The notes under the pieces: model-generated
The model's database searches: none
What the model saw: the letters and a program-made list of their open reading frames with translations, nothing else
Told to the model about the DNA's origin: nothing
Assembly (NCBI RefSeq): GCF_036321535.1
Contig: NC_087472.1
Location: 101,310,001 to 101,374,000, forward strand
Source: Camelus dromedarius
Lineage: Eukaryota
DNA length: 64,000 bases
Reading direction: 5' to 3'
Made by a program: the position numbers and the translations under genes
In this document: in pieces, positions 48,528-60,593 of the stretch
Layout: each line of letters opens with the position of its first letter
How positions within the stretch are numbered: the stretch's first letter is position 1

Positions 48528-48664
48528 CAGTCTTCCCTTGGTATCCATGGGGGGTGGTCCCAAGGAAAGCTCTGACCTGAAGCTGTTCTTTACATTAAGT
48601 ACAGTCAGCCCTCGGTGTTTCGAGCTGTGGTTGGTTGAATCTGTGGTCACTCGAGGGCCAACTA
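48528..48664. mobile_element. MER2/Tigger-like (TcMar) collapsed MITE
   Basis: TA-cagtcttcccttggtatccatggggg start; ggttggttgaatctgtgg...cgagggccaacta-TA end. Confidence 0.65.
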
Positions 48665-49367
48665 TACTCAATGTAAAGAATAGCTTTAGATCAGAGTTTC
48701 CTTGGGGATGGTAGAATCCTTCCCGCTATGACGTCTACCAACTAAATTATGTCATACTGTCTCATTGGTGGCCTGCAACCATTCATCTTTACTATTTTGT
48801 TGCACTAGTTCATTATTGAGGTTTCCTATATTCATGCCAGCAATGTGGAATTCTGATTTCCCTCTTGAGCTATGCAGTCATGGTACTCAGTGAGAGATAA
48901 CGGAGTTGTGAGTCTAAAGCTGTATTTCTACACCATTCCTGGGACCACAGGACAGAGAATAAATATGCACCCCAATAGGCCTCATGGGAGCAGTTCCTGG
49001 ATATGCCTAACTATACAGGGATAGCAGAATAGGACAAGGGCACCTTTCCCATTACTTATACAAACCCGCCCTGGGCAATTGTGTCTGAGGAAGACCTCAG
49101 AATTCTACATACCTCATGAGAAAGTCAGGTAAGGGCAGTAGATAGACTCTAGTAAAGGAATGCGGTGAAGGCTAATAGCTGGTCAGCAAAATCCAGCCTC
49201 CCCATCTTCCATAGTAATAGAGTTGTTGCCAGACACATGGAATACCTCCCCCATGTTCTTCCATTTGAGCCCCTTTGTACAGCTACACTATATTTAAACA
49301 TGACTGCCTGGCTACACATTTCCTAGCATTCCTTGTAGTTATTTGTGGCCAAGTGACTATGCTCTAG

Positions 49368-49505
49368 ACCAGTGGTTCTCAAAGTATCATCATCATCTGA
49401 GAGCTGGTTAGAAATGCAAGTTCTTTGGCCCTACCCAAGAAATTCTGGGGGCGGGGCCCACAGCCTGTGTTTTAACAAGCCCTCCTGGGGATTCTGATGC
49501 AGGCT
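49368..49505. mobile_element. MER5A
   Basis: accagtggttctcaaagt...gttagaaatgcaag...ctgtgttttaacaagccctcctggggattctgatgc. Confidence 0.8.
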
Positions 49506-49659
49506 AATGTTCTTGAAAATGGAATGTAAGCAGAAATAATGTGTGTCCCTTCAGTGCCTAGGTCTAAAGACATTGAATATGCCTCTTCCATGCTCTCTTG
49601 CTACTTCCAGGCTGAACCAGACAAGCTTTAACCATGCAGGTGGTGACAGTGCTTTAGGG

Positions 49660-50578
49660 CAGATTTTATGCCAGTTTGATGAAGCTAAAGAGTCTTTCGG
49701 ATTTTAGTTAAAATGCATAAATTAAAAAACATAAGATTGAAAAGAAAACCATTTGTATTTATCAAGTCTGTGAAATTGAACTATATGTACATTTTAAGTA
49801 ATGCATTAACTAACAAGATCTGGTACTGAGTCTAATGACTTCTATAAATTCAAAATATCTGCAATAATTGTAATACAATATGGAGAGTATCTGTGATTTC
49901 TATTGGTGACAAAGTCCCAGGTACTGCTAATACTACTATGGATTGTCTACATTCATAATGTAAAGAAATGTTGAGTTTCAATTAAGGATTTGTGGTAGGC
50001 TGAATAGTGTCCCCCAAAGATATCTCTGTCCTAATCCTCAGAACCTGTGACTTTTACCTTACATGGTAAAAGAGACTTTACAACAGATGTGATTAATTTA
50101 GGATACTGAGATGGGAGATTATCCTGGATTATTCACCTGAGCCCTAAACGTAGTCACAAGTGTCCTCATTAGAGGGAGGCAGGGGACTGGACCACAGAAG
50201 AAGATAAAGCAATGTGATGATAGATGCTATGTTGCAGCCTTTGAAGATGGAAAAAGGGACCACAAGCTAAGAGATGCAGGTAGTCTCCAGATACAGGTAA
50301 AGGCAGGGAAATAAATTCTCCCCTAGAGCCTCCAGTAGAAATGCAGACCTGCTGGCACCTTGACTTTAGCCCAGTGAAACTGATTTAGGATTTCTGACCT
50401 CCAGAACTGTAAGAGAATAAATTTGTGTTGTTTAAAGCCACTAAGTTTGTAGTAATTTGTTATAGCAGCAGCGGTAGGAAACTCATACAAGTTTAGTTAA
50501 AATAATGGTGATTTTTTTCCCCCATTCAAGTTCATGAACCTCCTGAATTCTATCTGTAGGCCCCAGGTTAAGAACCCT
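49660..50578 (+). mobile_element. Charlie4a-like element split by MLT1D
   Basis: aaatgcataaa...tattggtgacaaagtcccaggtactgctaatactact | ttttcccccattcaagttcatgaacc...ccccaggttaagaaccct. Confidence 0.75.
49991..50489 (+). mobile_element. MLT1D-like MaLR solo LTR
   Basis: tgtggtaggctgaat...gagatgggagattatcctggatta...ttctgacctccagaactgtaagagaataaatttgtgttgtt...ggaaactcataca. Confidence 0.9.
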
Positions 50579-51178
50579 TACCACTAGGGGTTTGGGCAGC
50601 TACAACGTTGAAGGAACTTGGGTCCCTGAATGACTCTAGGAAGCAGAGTTGCCTGGGTTCTCTTTGTTATAGTAACTTAGCTTCCCTTAACTCTCATGGG
50701 AATAGAAAATTCCTGAAGAGGGGATAGGGAATAGATCTAAGGAAACCATATATGGACAGGAGAAAGAATCCATAGTACCTTAGCCCATGAGACTAAGGAG
50801 CAAATAGTGCTAATGAGCAGTCAGGGCTGGAAACTCAGCAACTAGAAAGTTGAAATAAAAAGTTCAGAAATAAAGAAAATAATTTTTAGTCTTAATTATA
50901 TATTTAAATTTTTTCATTCAGTGAATGAAAAATGTCTAAATTTGCTCTGGGGTAGAAATATATAAATTATTATTAGATGATGATTGTAATTTAATTACAG
51001 CTTTATTTCATTTAATGCCTAAAATGCTTTCCTAAAAGTTAGGGTAAAATCTATCAATTTTTTCCTTCAATGTGATTATGATTTTGGAGCTTCCATCAGT
51101 ACACAAAAGTTAACTGCATTTTTATACTTTAGCATTTTTACACATCAGGAAAAGAGTTTTTAAAAAGGTATCAATTAT

Positions 51179-51872
51179 GCAGCCATTATAGAAAACAGTA
51201 TAGAAATTGCTTAAAAAACTAAAACTAGAGTTACCATATGATCCAGCAATCCCACTCCTGGGCATATATCAGAGGGAAATCTAATTTGAAAAGATGCCTG
51301 CACCCCAGTGTTCATAGCAGCACTATATACAATAGCCAAGACATGGAAACAACCTAAGTGTCCATCAACAGATGACTGGGTAGAAAAGTTGTGGTATATT
51401 TATATAATGGAATACTACTCAGCCATAAAAAATAAAATAATGCCATTTGCAGTGACATGGATGGATCTGGAGATTGTCACTCTGAGTGAAGTAAGCCAGA
51501 AAGAGAAAGAAAAATACCATATGATATCACTTATATGTGGAATCTAAAAAAAAAGACAAATGAACTTATTTGCAAAACAGAAACAGACTCACAGACATAG
51601 GAAACAAACTTATGGGTCACCATGGGGGAAAGAGAGTAGGAAGGGATAAATTGGGAGTCCAAGATTTGCAGATACTAACTACTACATATAAAAAAAATAA
51701 ACAACAAGTTTCTACTGTATAACATAGGAAACCATATTCAATATCTTGTAGTAACTGACAATAAAAAAGAATATGAAAAGGAATATATGTATGTATATGT
51801 ATGACTAAAACATTATGCTGTACACCAGAAATGGACACAACATTGTTAAACTGCCTATAGTTCAATTGAAAA
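51179..51872 (+). mobile_element. 5'-truncated artiodactyl-type L1 (ORF2 end plus 3' UTR)
   Basis: FIAALYTIAKTWKQPKCPSTDDW...YHMISLICGI*; A tail; 17-bp TSD aaaaaggtatcaattat/aaaaagataccaactat at 51162-51178 and 51873-51889, at a TTTT/AAAA site. Confidence 0.93.
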
Positions 51873-52796
51873 AAAAAGATACCAACTATAATGGTAACAA
51901 AAGTAGATAAGGTATCTAGAAATAAATCTAATGAAAATGTATAAGAATTCTATGGAATAAATCATAAAACTTTCTTGATAGATGTTAAAGAAATCTGAAA
52001 CAAGTTGTTTATGAACATTCTATGTTCATAGATAGGAGAATTCAACATTATAAATAGTCCACGCTCCTCAAAGTGATCTACAAATTCAGTGCAGTTCCAA
52101 CAAGCTTGATCTTGGCATGCTGTTTCTAAAACATATATGAATAATGATGCCCAAGGATAGTCCAGATGCTTCTAAAGAAGAGAAAGCAGATGGAGGAATT
52201 TGACTCCTCAAATATCATGACTTATTACGTAACTATGGTAAAGACAATGAACTCTTGACAAGGACTACACAATGGAACAGAAAAGAAACCCCAGACACAC
52301 TCATACATATACAAAAACCTGATATATGACAGTTATAATTGAAAATTGGAAGAAAAATAATGAACTGTTCAATATATCGTACTGGGAAAATTGGCTGTCC
52401 CTAAGGAGAAAGAATGAAAATGAATCCCTACCTCACCATACACCATATGAAATGAACCTCTACCTTATTATACACAAACATCTATGCCAGGTGGATTAAA
52501 CTTAAATGTGAAAAGCAAACCTTAAAAACTTTTAGAAGAAAACAAGAAAATATTGATATGACCACCCTGGGGGTAGGGAATGATTTCTTAAATAAGACAT
52601 AAAAAGTTTAAACTTTGAAGAAAAAGATTGATACATTTGGTTACATTAAACTTCAAGACTTCTTTATAGAACAGGTCACCATTAACAGAGTGCAAGAAAT
52701 AGCCACAATTTGAATGAAGATATTTGCAACACAGATCATTAACAAATAATTCTTACCCAGAATGTGTAAGTATGTATATGTTATCCATTTTATTTA

Positions 52797-52800
<4 letters not shown>

Positions 52801-52844
<44 letters not shown>
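52801..52844. repeat. (CA)22 microsatellite
   Basis: Perfect CA run. Confidence 0.98.
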
Positions 52845-52845
<1 letters not shown>

Positions 52846-52849
52846 GGTT

Positions 52850-53430
52850 GTGTGTGTGTTTTCTGTTGCTGTGTAACAAATAACCCCAACACTTAGAGGT
52901 TTAAAGCAGCACACATTTATGATCTTGCAGTTTCTGTAGGTCAGGAATCTGGGCGTGGTTCAGCAGGAGCCTCTGTGTCAGGCTCTCTCACAGGTGGCTG
53001 TCATCTCAAGGACGGACTAGGCAGGATCCACTTCCAAGCTCACACTCACGAGGTTGTTGGCAGGATTCAGTTCCTCATGAGTTGTTGGACTGGGGCCTCA
53101 GTTCCTCATGAGCTGCTGGCAGGAGGCCTTCCTCAGCCCTGTGCCACATGGGCTAATCCATAGAGCTTCTCACACATGGCAGTTGGCGTCACTGGGGGAG
53201 CAAGCTGGAGGGCAGGAGAGGGTGCCAGCAAGAGAGAGTGTGCTAGCAAGACACAGTCACAGTGTTTTGTAACCTAATCTTGCAAGGGACACCTCATCAT
53301 TTTTGACATATTCCATTTGTTGGAAGCACATCACTAGGTCCACTCCACACTCAAGGGGAGGCATGCACAAGTGCATGAGTACCAGAAAGTGGGGATCACT
53401 GGAGGTCATCTCAGAAGTCTGCCTATTACA
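52850..53430 (-). mobile_element. MLT1F-like MaLR solo LTR
   Basis: tgttgctgtgtaacaaata...cagtttctgtaggtcaggaatctggg...ggatccacttccaagctcac...gaagtctgcctattaca. Confidence 0.85.
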
Positions 53431-54569
53431 ATATATATCAACCCAAGAGAATTATGCAGAAGGCTTTAACAAATATTTTACAGCAAGCTAAACACAAATG
53501 ACCCATGTACAATTGAAAAGCTGCTCAATTTCATTAATAATTAATCAATTAATTATTAATACCATAATGAGATACCATTTTGTGCCCACCAAAATGCAAA
53601 ATTAAAAAGTGACCATAATAATTGTGGACTATTCTGTATCTTGGAGCAATACTTATCTTTGTACACCATTGATAAGTATGCAAATTGATACAACAAAACT
53701 TAAGAAAAGAATTTGGCATTACCTAGTAAAGTTCATATGCAGAAGCCTTCAGCCTGATAATTCACTCTAAAGAAACTGTTGTGCATGTGCCCCAGGAGAG
53801 ATGTACAACAATTTACATAGCAGCCTTATTTATGATAGGCAAAATCTGAAATGCAAATGTCCAGCACTGGTAAAATGGATAAATAAATTGTGATAGCACC
53901 ACCATGGAATACTATACAACAGTGAAAATGGATAAACTATGCCCATATATGTGAACATGGAGAAACACAAGAAAAGCACAATATTGAGTGAAATAAGCAA
54001 GTCACAAAAGTATATGTATAGTATGATTCCATTTATATAAAGTTCAAGGACAAGAAAAGTCATAATTTATGTATCAATATATCTATCAAGAAGTGATTAA
54101 CAGAAGTAGAATAATGGTTTTCTGAGGTGAAGGATAGAACAGTATCAGGAAGGAGACATACAGGAGTTTCAAAAGTGTTGAGCAGTGTGTACTTAAGTGG
54201 TTTCTTTATTATCTCAGCAGTGGACCCACAATACATTATTTTGCATATATGGTTTTTCATGGAAAAATACCCATGGCTAATGTTTATTGAACATTCCTCT
54301 GTGCCAGCCGCTTTGCAGATGTTCTCTTTGAAAGAATGAATCCTCTGCTTTTATTTTTAATGCTGCACCTCTTGTTTTCTGTTTATTTTTTTTAATTTCA
54401 AGACTGTTTACCTAAAACAAAATGGAACATATTATGTATAGAAAAACAATGAAGAAGACACTCATACCTAATTCAAGGAGAATTTTGCCTTTATACAGAA
54501 TACAGAACCTAAATTTAATCTACCCACAGAACCCTCTGAACCAAAAGTAGCCACATGGACAATCAGACT

Positions 54570-54795
54570 GGATCAGAATTTCTCCACTTCAGTATTACTG
54601 ACATTTTGTATTGGATCATCCTTTGTTGTAGAGGGCTGTCCTGTGTTCTGTAGGGTGTTGAGCAGCATCCCTGGCCTCTACCCACTAGATGCCAGTAGGC
54701 CCCCTTCCCCAGTTGTGACAAATAAAAATGTCTCCAGAGACTGCCAGATTTCTCCTGGGAGGCAAAAATTGTCCCTGGTTGAGATCCACCGAACT
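54570..54795 (-). mobile_element. MER20
   Basis: agcagcatccctggcctctacccactagatgccagtag...ccagttgtgacaaataaaaatgtctccaga. Confidence 0.88.
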
Positions 54796-56099
54796 AGATG
54801 GTCTTGGCATATTCAGTGGAAGTACACATACAGGGACTCTATCACATGTCTGTTTCATATTCCCTTGGTGGTTCTTGTTCATTAGCTTGCTTGACATTTA
54901 TTGAGGTACATTCTCTAAGAATTAAATGTTAAGTAGCTTTAGTAGTTATATCATCAGTCCAGGTTTCTTGAACATTACTCACTTGCTAGCGGAGATGCCA
55001 GCTCGGAAAGTACCCAATAGTTTATGATTAGCATTACCTTTTTATTTTCATGTGTCTTTAAAAAAAATAGAAAGTAAACCTCAAAAGATTTCAAAGATGC
55101 ATTAATGACCAGTAGGTTTTTACTGACCTTAAAGTGGGCCACTTATGCCCTCCACAACTCAGGCAACTCAGGGCTAATGCTGTTTCTTTGAAGTTTAGTT
55201 GAGTTTAGCATATGAGGAGCTTCCAGCTATGTAAATTCAGTGGCTGCTTTAATTGATTAAATCATAACCTGAGCTAAGTCGATATGCTGAAAGCAAGATT
55301 GACCTGTATTAAAAATTTAAGGAAAGGACATTTAAAAAAGTTAATGCACGCACTTATATGCATGCAGAGATATTTTTTATACTCACACACAGGAAAGATT
55401 TTCAGTCTCCGTACATAGTAAGGGTAGACTGCAGACTTTATCAAGCCCTTTGGATGTTCATTTTCTCCACTTAGTCAGTTTAAAGACTCTCCTCTAGCTG
55501 TGCATGATTTGCTTTTTCTTTGTCCTTGCTCATATTTTAAAATTGTGCATTTACAAAGAATAAAAAGAAACTCCTAACTTGCAGTGTAATTGTGCACGAG
55601 CAATGTATTTTGGTCCCTGCCACTGTGTCAGAGCCTCCGAGCAAGGATGGTGTTGCCATGGAGACAGAGATGTTGAGCTGGTTTCATCACCTTTGCCCTG
55701 CTATTTAAAATCATACTCACAGCAAACCTCTGGCAGACATAGGGCTTTCTCCGGTAGGTCAACCACCTCCTCCCTTTTTCTCTTTTAAAAACAACTACTT
55801 GGCAGATTAATGCCATTTTCATTTATGACTGTTATAAAATGTAATATAAATATCCTCTTGCACAGAATGAATGGGTAGCTCTTTGTATTGTCTTGTTCCA
55901 GCATGAAACTGAAATTCCTTGAGAGTTTGCCAAAACCAGTTCCTTTAATGGGTTCTGCTTAGGGTTCTACCTTCTCTCTTGGTCTTCTGACAGTACCAGA
56001 GCAATGGGTAGAGAACAGAGAGAAGCCAAGGACATTATATGATGAGGTGAAAATCAATAGAAAGGAAGTTAGTCACAGGCTTTTAAAATGTTGTTTAAA

Positions 56100-56710
56100 C
56101 AAACCCCACTGTTTGGGAAGTAGGGACTTTCATACACAGGTGGTGAATGAGTGGGTCGGTACTACCTTTCTGGAGGGAATTTGATGCTATGTGTCAGAAG
56201 CCTTAAAAAAGTCCTTTGCTCCATCAGTGACAATTCTAGCAAGTTTTTCTAAGAGAACACATATGAATGTAAACAAAGATTTGCATACAGGATTATTCAT
56301 CACAGTTTTTATTTATGATGGTGGAAAACTAGAAACAACCAGTTTCAGAAACATGTCCATAAAAGGGGATGGATTAAATTAATTCTAGTACATCATACAA
56401 TGGAATACTAGGCAATTGTATTAAATAATGTGCAGAAGCATATTTATGAACCTGAAAAGTACTGTTGAATACTCTAGTTCAAGTGATACTATTTAATGAA
56501 AAAAAGCAGATTACAAACACTAATACTAAGTGCATTAGTATTCCATTTAAAAATAGTTACAGAAAATATTCATATACAATGGGGACACTGGAATGTTATA
56601 TGCCAACTTTTGGCTCTCTGAGTATTATTGTAATTTCTTCTTTTTACTTCTCTAATTTATGTTTTACAGTGATGCTCCATTACTTGTATAATTTTAAAAG
56701 TCAATTAATA
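56100..56710 (+). mobile_element. Ancient L1ME-type 3' fragment
   Basis: acctttctggagggaattt...tattcatcacag...aaactagaaacaacc...acaatggaatacta. Confidence 0.65.
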
Positions 56711-58041
56711 AATAATTCATAGTTATATATGAAGTTTTTTAATTAAAAAGTCCTAGAAGCTTTCCTTAAGAAAGGGAATTTTTACTCAGTGTCCTGAGGA
56801 TTCCAAGACTCATTACCTTCTGCTCTCAAATTGATTTTTTTAAAATTTGGGGCGTGGCAATTTATTCTTTTGAACCCCACAAAACACAGCCAGTTAAATC
56901 CAGCTGAAAGCATTGAACCTACTGAATTTTTGACCTACTCTCATCCAGTGTCCAGAATAGCCCCCAAGGAAGCAGGGCTCATGCTATCCATCACCTCAGC
57001 CAGAACTCCCGGCTCCACAAGTAACGACATCCACGAGGGCCAGCTCTCCAGAGGGAAGGCATCAGCTGCCACAGAGAGCTGAGATGAGCTGCGGATGAGG
57101 GGATTTAATAGTCCAGTCTCTGCCCTCTCAGAACCCTGCCATTGGGGATGCAGGGATGGGGGTGGGGAATAAACCTTGAGCAAACCATAAATAAACTTGC
57201 GGCTAGGATGTGATTGCAACTCTCCGTGTGTTCGCTCTCTCCCTCCCCAACACACACAGACACCCCACAGATGAATTTGTCATTACCAATGGCAGCTTTT
57301 CCCAATACGATGGGAGGAGGGTGGTGGTGAAAGAGTGAGTCTTCCTTTGTCACCTGTATTTATTTCCTTTCCTAATGGAGAAATTTTTGTGAGTCCAAAA
57401 TAATGTGCAGAAGCATTTGATATGAACAGTTGAGACCCCACCTTAGTGCTCATTGCTCAGGTGACTCTCCCTCACTTGTTTCCTCAACACCATCACACCA
57501 AACCAGATAAACGTTTGGGGCACAACGAAGCATATGTGGCAGCCTGAACAACATTTCCATGGGCACAGTGTAAGGCATGGACACTATAGTAACTATGGAG
57601 ATCTTGAAACTGCCTGGTAGGAGGAGTGGCCCCTTCCAACACTGATTTGCTGCTCTGGCCCCTGGTGGGGTATGGCTTTCATTCTCTGACAGGCAGGGAA
57701 GCTGAGGGGACCTCAAAACTTCACCCTCAGGTTTTCATCTACTGCCAGTCCTCCGGGAGTCCAGAGATGGCCCTGTAACTGGGCAGGTAAGGCAAATCAA
57801 AGGCAAAATGACTCTTCAAGTTTCCACTAATTGAGCACTTCAAATGGTAGCCTTTAATCTCAAGAGCAGTGTCTACATGGGCTTTGGATTTGGAAAAATA
57901 ATATTGGCCAAGAAGTATAAGACAGAAAGTTCTAGAACAAAGCACTAAAACACAGGGGAGAAAAGATTTGTCCATACTAAGTACAAGGCAGACCATTGCT
58001 TTTTCATTTCCCCAATATTGCTTTATATATGGTACTTTTTT

Positions 58042-58101
58042 TTTGCTTTATTGGCCCCCCTTTTTTTATTGAGTTATAGTCAGTTTACAATGTTGTGTCA
58101 G
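58042..58101 (-). mobile_element. Ultra-short L1 insertion (about 40 nt of 3' terminus plus tail)
   Basis: tttattgagttatagtcagtttacaatgttgtgtca equals the L1 3' terminus (compare 10450-10482); TSD ta[tg/ca]gtactttttt at 58028-58041 and 58102-58115. Confidence 0.85.
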
Positions 58102-58159
58102 TACAGTACTTTTTTAAAAAAGTCAGGATGTATCTGTACTTCAGATTGGTTCAACTAAT

Positions 58160-58320
58160 TTTTACTTAACCTCTCTATGCCTCACTATTCTCTTCTGTAA
58201 AATGGTAATAGAAATAGAAAATACTCCAGAGGGTTGTTCTGAAGGTGAAATGAATTAGTATGTGTAAACCCCCAAAAAGCCCCTGGCACGTGGTGAATGC
58301 TCAGTAATTACCATTATCAT
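58160..58320 (+). mobile_element. MIR
   Basis: tacttaacctctctatgcctca...ctgtaaaatgg...gagggttgttctgaagg...cctggcacgtggtgaatgctcagtaa. Confidence 0.8.
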
Positions 58321-58389
58321 GATCATTGTCGTTATCATTACTAAGCATCCCTTACTACCAGGCCCTCTGCTGAGAGTTTTATGTGCAGT

Positions 58390-58630
58390 AGTTGAATCTT
58401 CTTTATTGCACTGTATCATTCCACTGTATGGACACTATCCATTCTCCTACCGATGGACACTTGAGTTCTTTGTATTTTTGGCTATTATTAATAAAGCTGC
58501 TATGAACCATGTTGTACTTGTCCTTTGCAGGACATATGCACTCATTTCTTTTGGGTGCACACCTTGGAGTTTAATTACTGGATCACTGTTCAGCTTCAAT
58601 AAATACTGCCAAATAGTTCCCAAAGTATTG
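58390..58630 (-). mobile_element. Ancient L1M fragment
   Basis: tccattctcctaccgatggacacttgag...tttggctattattaataaagctgctatgaac. Confidence 0.7.
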
Positions 58631-59384
58631 CCAATACTTATTCATTAATCACCTTTTTTATGTGTCAAGCATGGAACCAGCTGGGTTCTGAAGCTATAGG
58701 GCAAAGAGGACACAGCCCCTGCCCACAGAGTTAGAAGTGCTACCCCCACTGAATAGCACTCAAAGCGTCGTGGCTTTTACGATCCCCCTTTATCTTCCAG
58801 TAGAACAGTGTAAGTAGTGCCACAGAACTGATAGAAGAGTTGGGAAGCAGAAAATATAAATAATGTGTCCACAATTTCCCAGATCACAAAGCAAGTTAGC
58901 AGCAGAACTTAAGAATTAGTAGAGGAACAAGAACAATGAATACAAATTAAAACAAAAACAACAGCAACAAAATTCCACTCTTTCCTCTATACAGCTTGGT
59001 CATAAACCTTCAAAGGGAAGCCCTTGTCGGGTTTATGTAGTAGCGGGCAGCTCCTGCCCCTGCCTGCCTTTATTAGACCGACGTGCAGTACATTAGTGGA
59101 GTGTATCTGGGACCCCAGGGAGCTCCTGAAACACTTCTCTATGCTCTTGAAAATCCCAGAGTTGAGCTACCTGAGCAAATCCTTAGTTTGGCTCTGTGAG
59201 AAGGCAAACAAAGGGAACATCAGTAGTTACCTTTCCCTCAGCATAAGGAAACTGGATATCTTAAGTTAAAAAGAGAGAAATAAAATATTCTGGTAACCAT
59301 AGTTAAATGTCCTATTTGCCAGAGATCAGTACATTCTAAATTCAACATAGAGCTGAATGGATATGAACAATGGAGGGGCTAGAC

Positions 59385-59602
59385 CAGGGTTTCTCAACCT
59401 CAGCACTATTGATATTTTGGGCTGGATAACTCTCCGTTGTCAGGGCCTGTCCTGTGTATACTGTAGGATGTTCAGTGGCATCCCTGGCCTCCACCCATAA
59501 GTGTCAGTAACAACCCCAACCCTCCAGTTGTGATAGCCAAACATGTCTCCAGACATTGCCAAATATCTCTTGGGCAATAAAATTGTCCCTGCCTGAACCA
59601 CT
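59385..59602 (-). mobile_element. MER20
   Basis: cagggtttctcaacctcagcactattgatattttgggctggataa...atgtctccagacattgccaaat...gaaccacta. Confidence 0.9.
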
Positions 59603-60182
59603 AGGATATACTTATGTCAATAATGTGGGAAAGTTGAACTTTTTTATTTTTCATCATCTCAAATCCTGAAGATGTAAAGATTGTAAAGCAAAAGGGCTGA
59701 CATTTAATATCAAGAAACTTTGATACTCTCTAGACAAGTGTCAGAAACACTTAGTCTTTTACTTCTGTAAGGGAAATGCACTAGAATACTAATATAGATT
59801 AATAAACAAAATCCCACTTCAGTTCTTGAAAAGTCTGAATTATTCAAATTTTTAATATGATTTTATTTCAAATTCAGCAGAGTGAGTTCTTCAGTTACCT
59901 CTTTGTTGAATAATGATTTGCAGTTGCATATCAGTTATTTATTAATAGATATTTCCAAAGGGCTTTAAGATCTTTGCAAATAATTTCTTGTCATAAATGC
60001 TTAGTCTTGTTGGTATTATTGACACATGATTTTCTCTATCTCTTAATAAAGGCTTTGGTAAACAGATCCTAAAATTTTGTTTGGACCTTGTCTAATTATG
60101 TCCAGCTGGGTCCAGGGATTATTTATTTCAAGGAAAGAACTGCTTTCCTGTAATGATAAAGGTTTAACAATGTGTATCTGTC

Positions 60183-60270
60183 TTATTCATTCATTCAGTT
60201 AAAGAAAGTAATTATTGAGCACCTACCAGGCGCTCTGTCCTGGAGATAGAATGATCGATGCACACAGCAG
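60183..60270 (-). mobile_element. L2 3' end fragment
   Basis: ttattcattcattcag...ttattgagcacctaccaggc. Confidence 0.6.
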
Positions 60271-60434
60271 GCTCAGGGAGCATGCTGGTGGTGTTAGGTG
60301 GAAAGGGCACTACTGAGCCATCAGTAGTGGCAAGTTCTTGGTTCTGGATCTGCCAATGGCCAGCTCTGAAACTTAGGGAGGGAACACTCCATCTTTTTAG
60401 AACTGTCTATTAAATGAAATAGGTAGATTAACTG

Positions 60435-60593
60435 AAATGGCAGATAGGTGCCAGTTTGCATCAACTGCTGTTAGCTGCCCAGAGCACTTGATTATGAGGC
60501 TTAATGGCCCAGAGGGCTATAACTGACTGTTGATGTCTGCTATGGGCACACTATGGGAAACAGATGGCACCCCACAGGAGTTTGCCATCCCTG
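60435..60593. mobile_element. hAT MITE (MER117-like)
   Basis: atggcagatagg...gatgtctgctatgggcac...tttgccatccctg terminus. Confidence 0.5.

Larger units (their letters stand above)
49161..50690 (+). mobile_element. ERVL LTR (LTR16-like) split by MER5A and Charlie4a
   Basis: ctacacatttcctagcattccttgtagtta...gtgacta | aatggaatgtaagcagaa; resumes gaaggaacttgggtccctgaatgact...tctctttgttatagtaac. Confidence 0.65.
51090..54260 (+). mobile_element. Ancient L1M ORF2 3' half plus 3' UTR, interrupted by a younger L1, (CA)n and MLT1F
   Basis: gtatctagaaataaatcta; gatctacaaattcagtgcagttccaa; ctgggaaaattggctgtcc; atgagataccatttt; atggaatactatacaacag; atgattccatttatataaagttcaa. Confidence 0.8.

Noticed and set aside
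53067..53112. Direct repeat tcagttcctcatgag twice
   Set aside because: Internal feature of the MLT1F-like LTR; two units only, not an array or CRISPR
56831..57353. Overlapping ORFs of 82-104 aa
   Set aside because: No recognisable homology, non-ATG starts, no convincing splice pair
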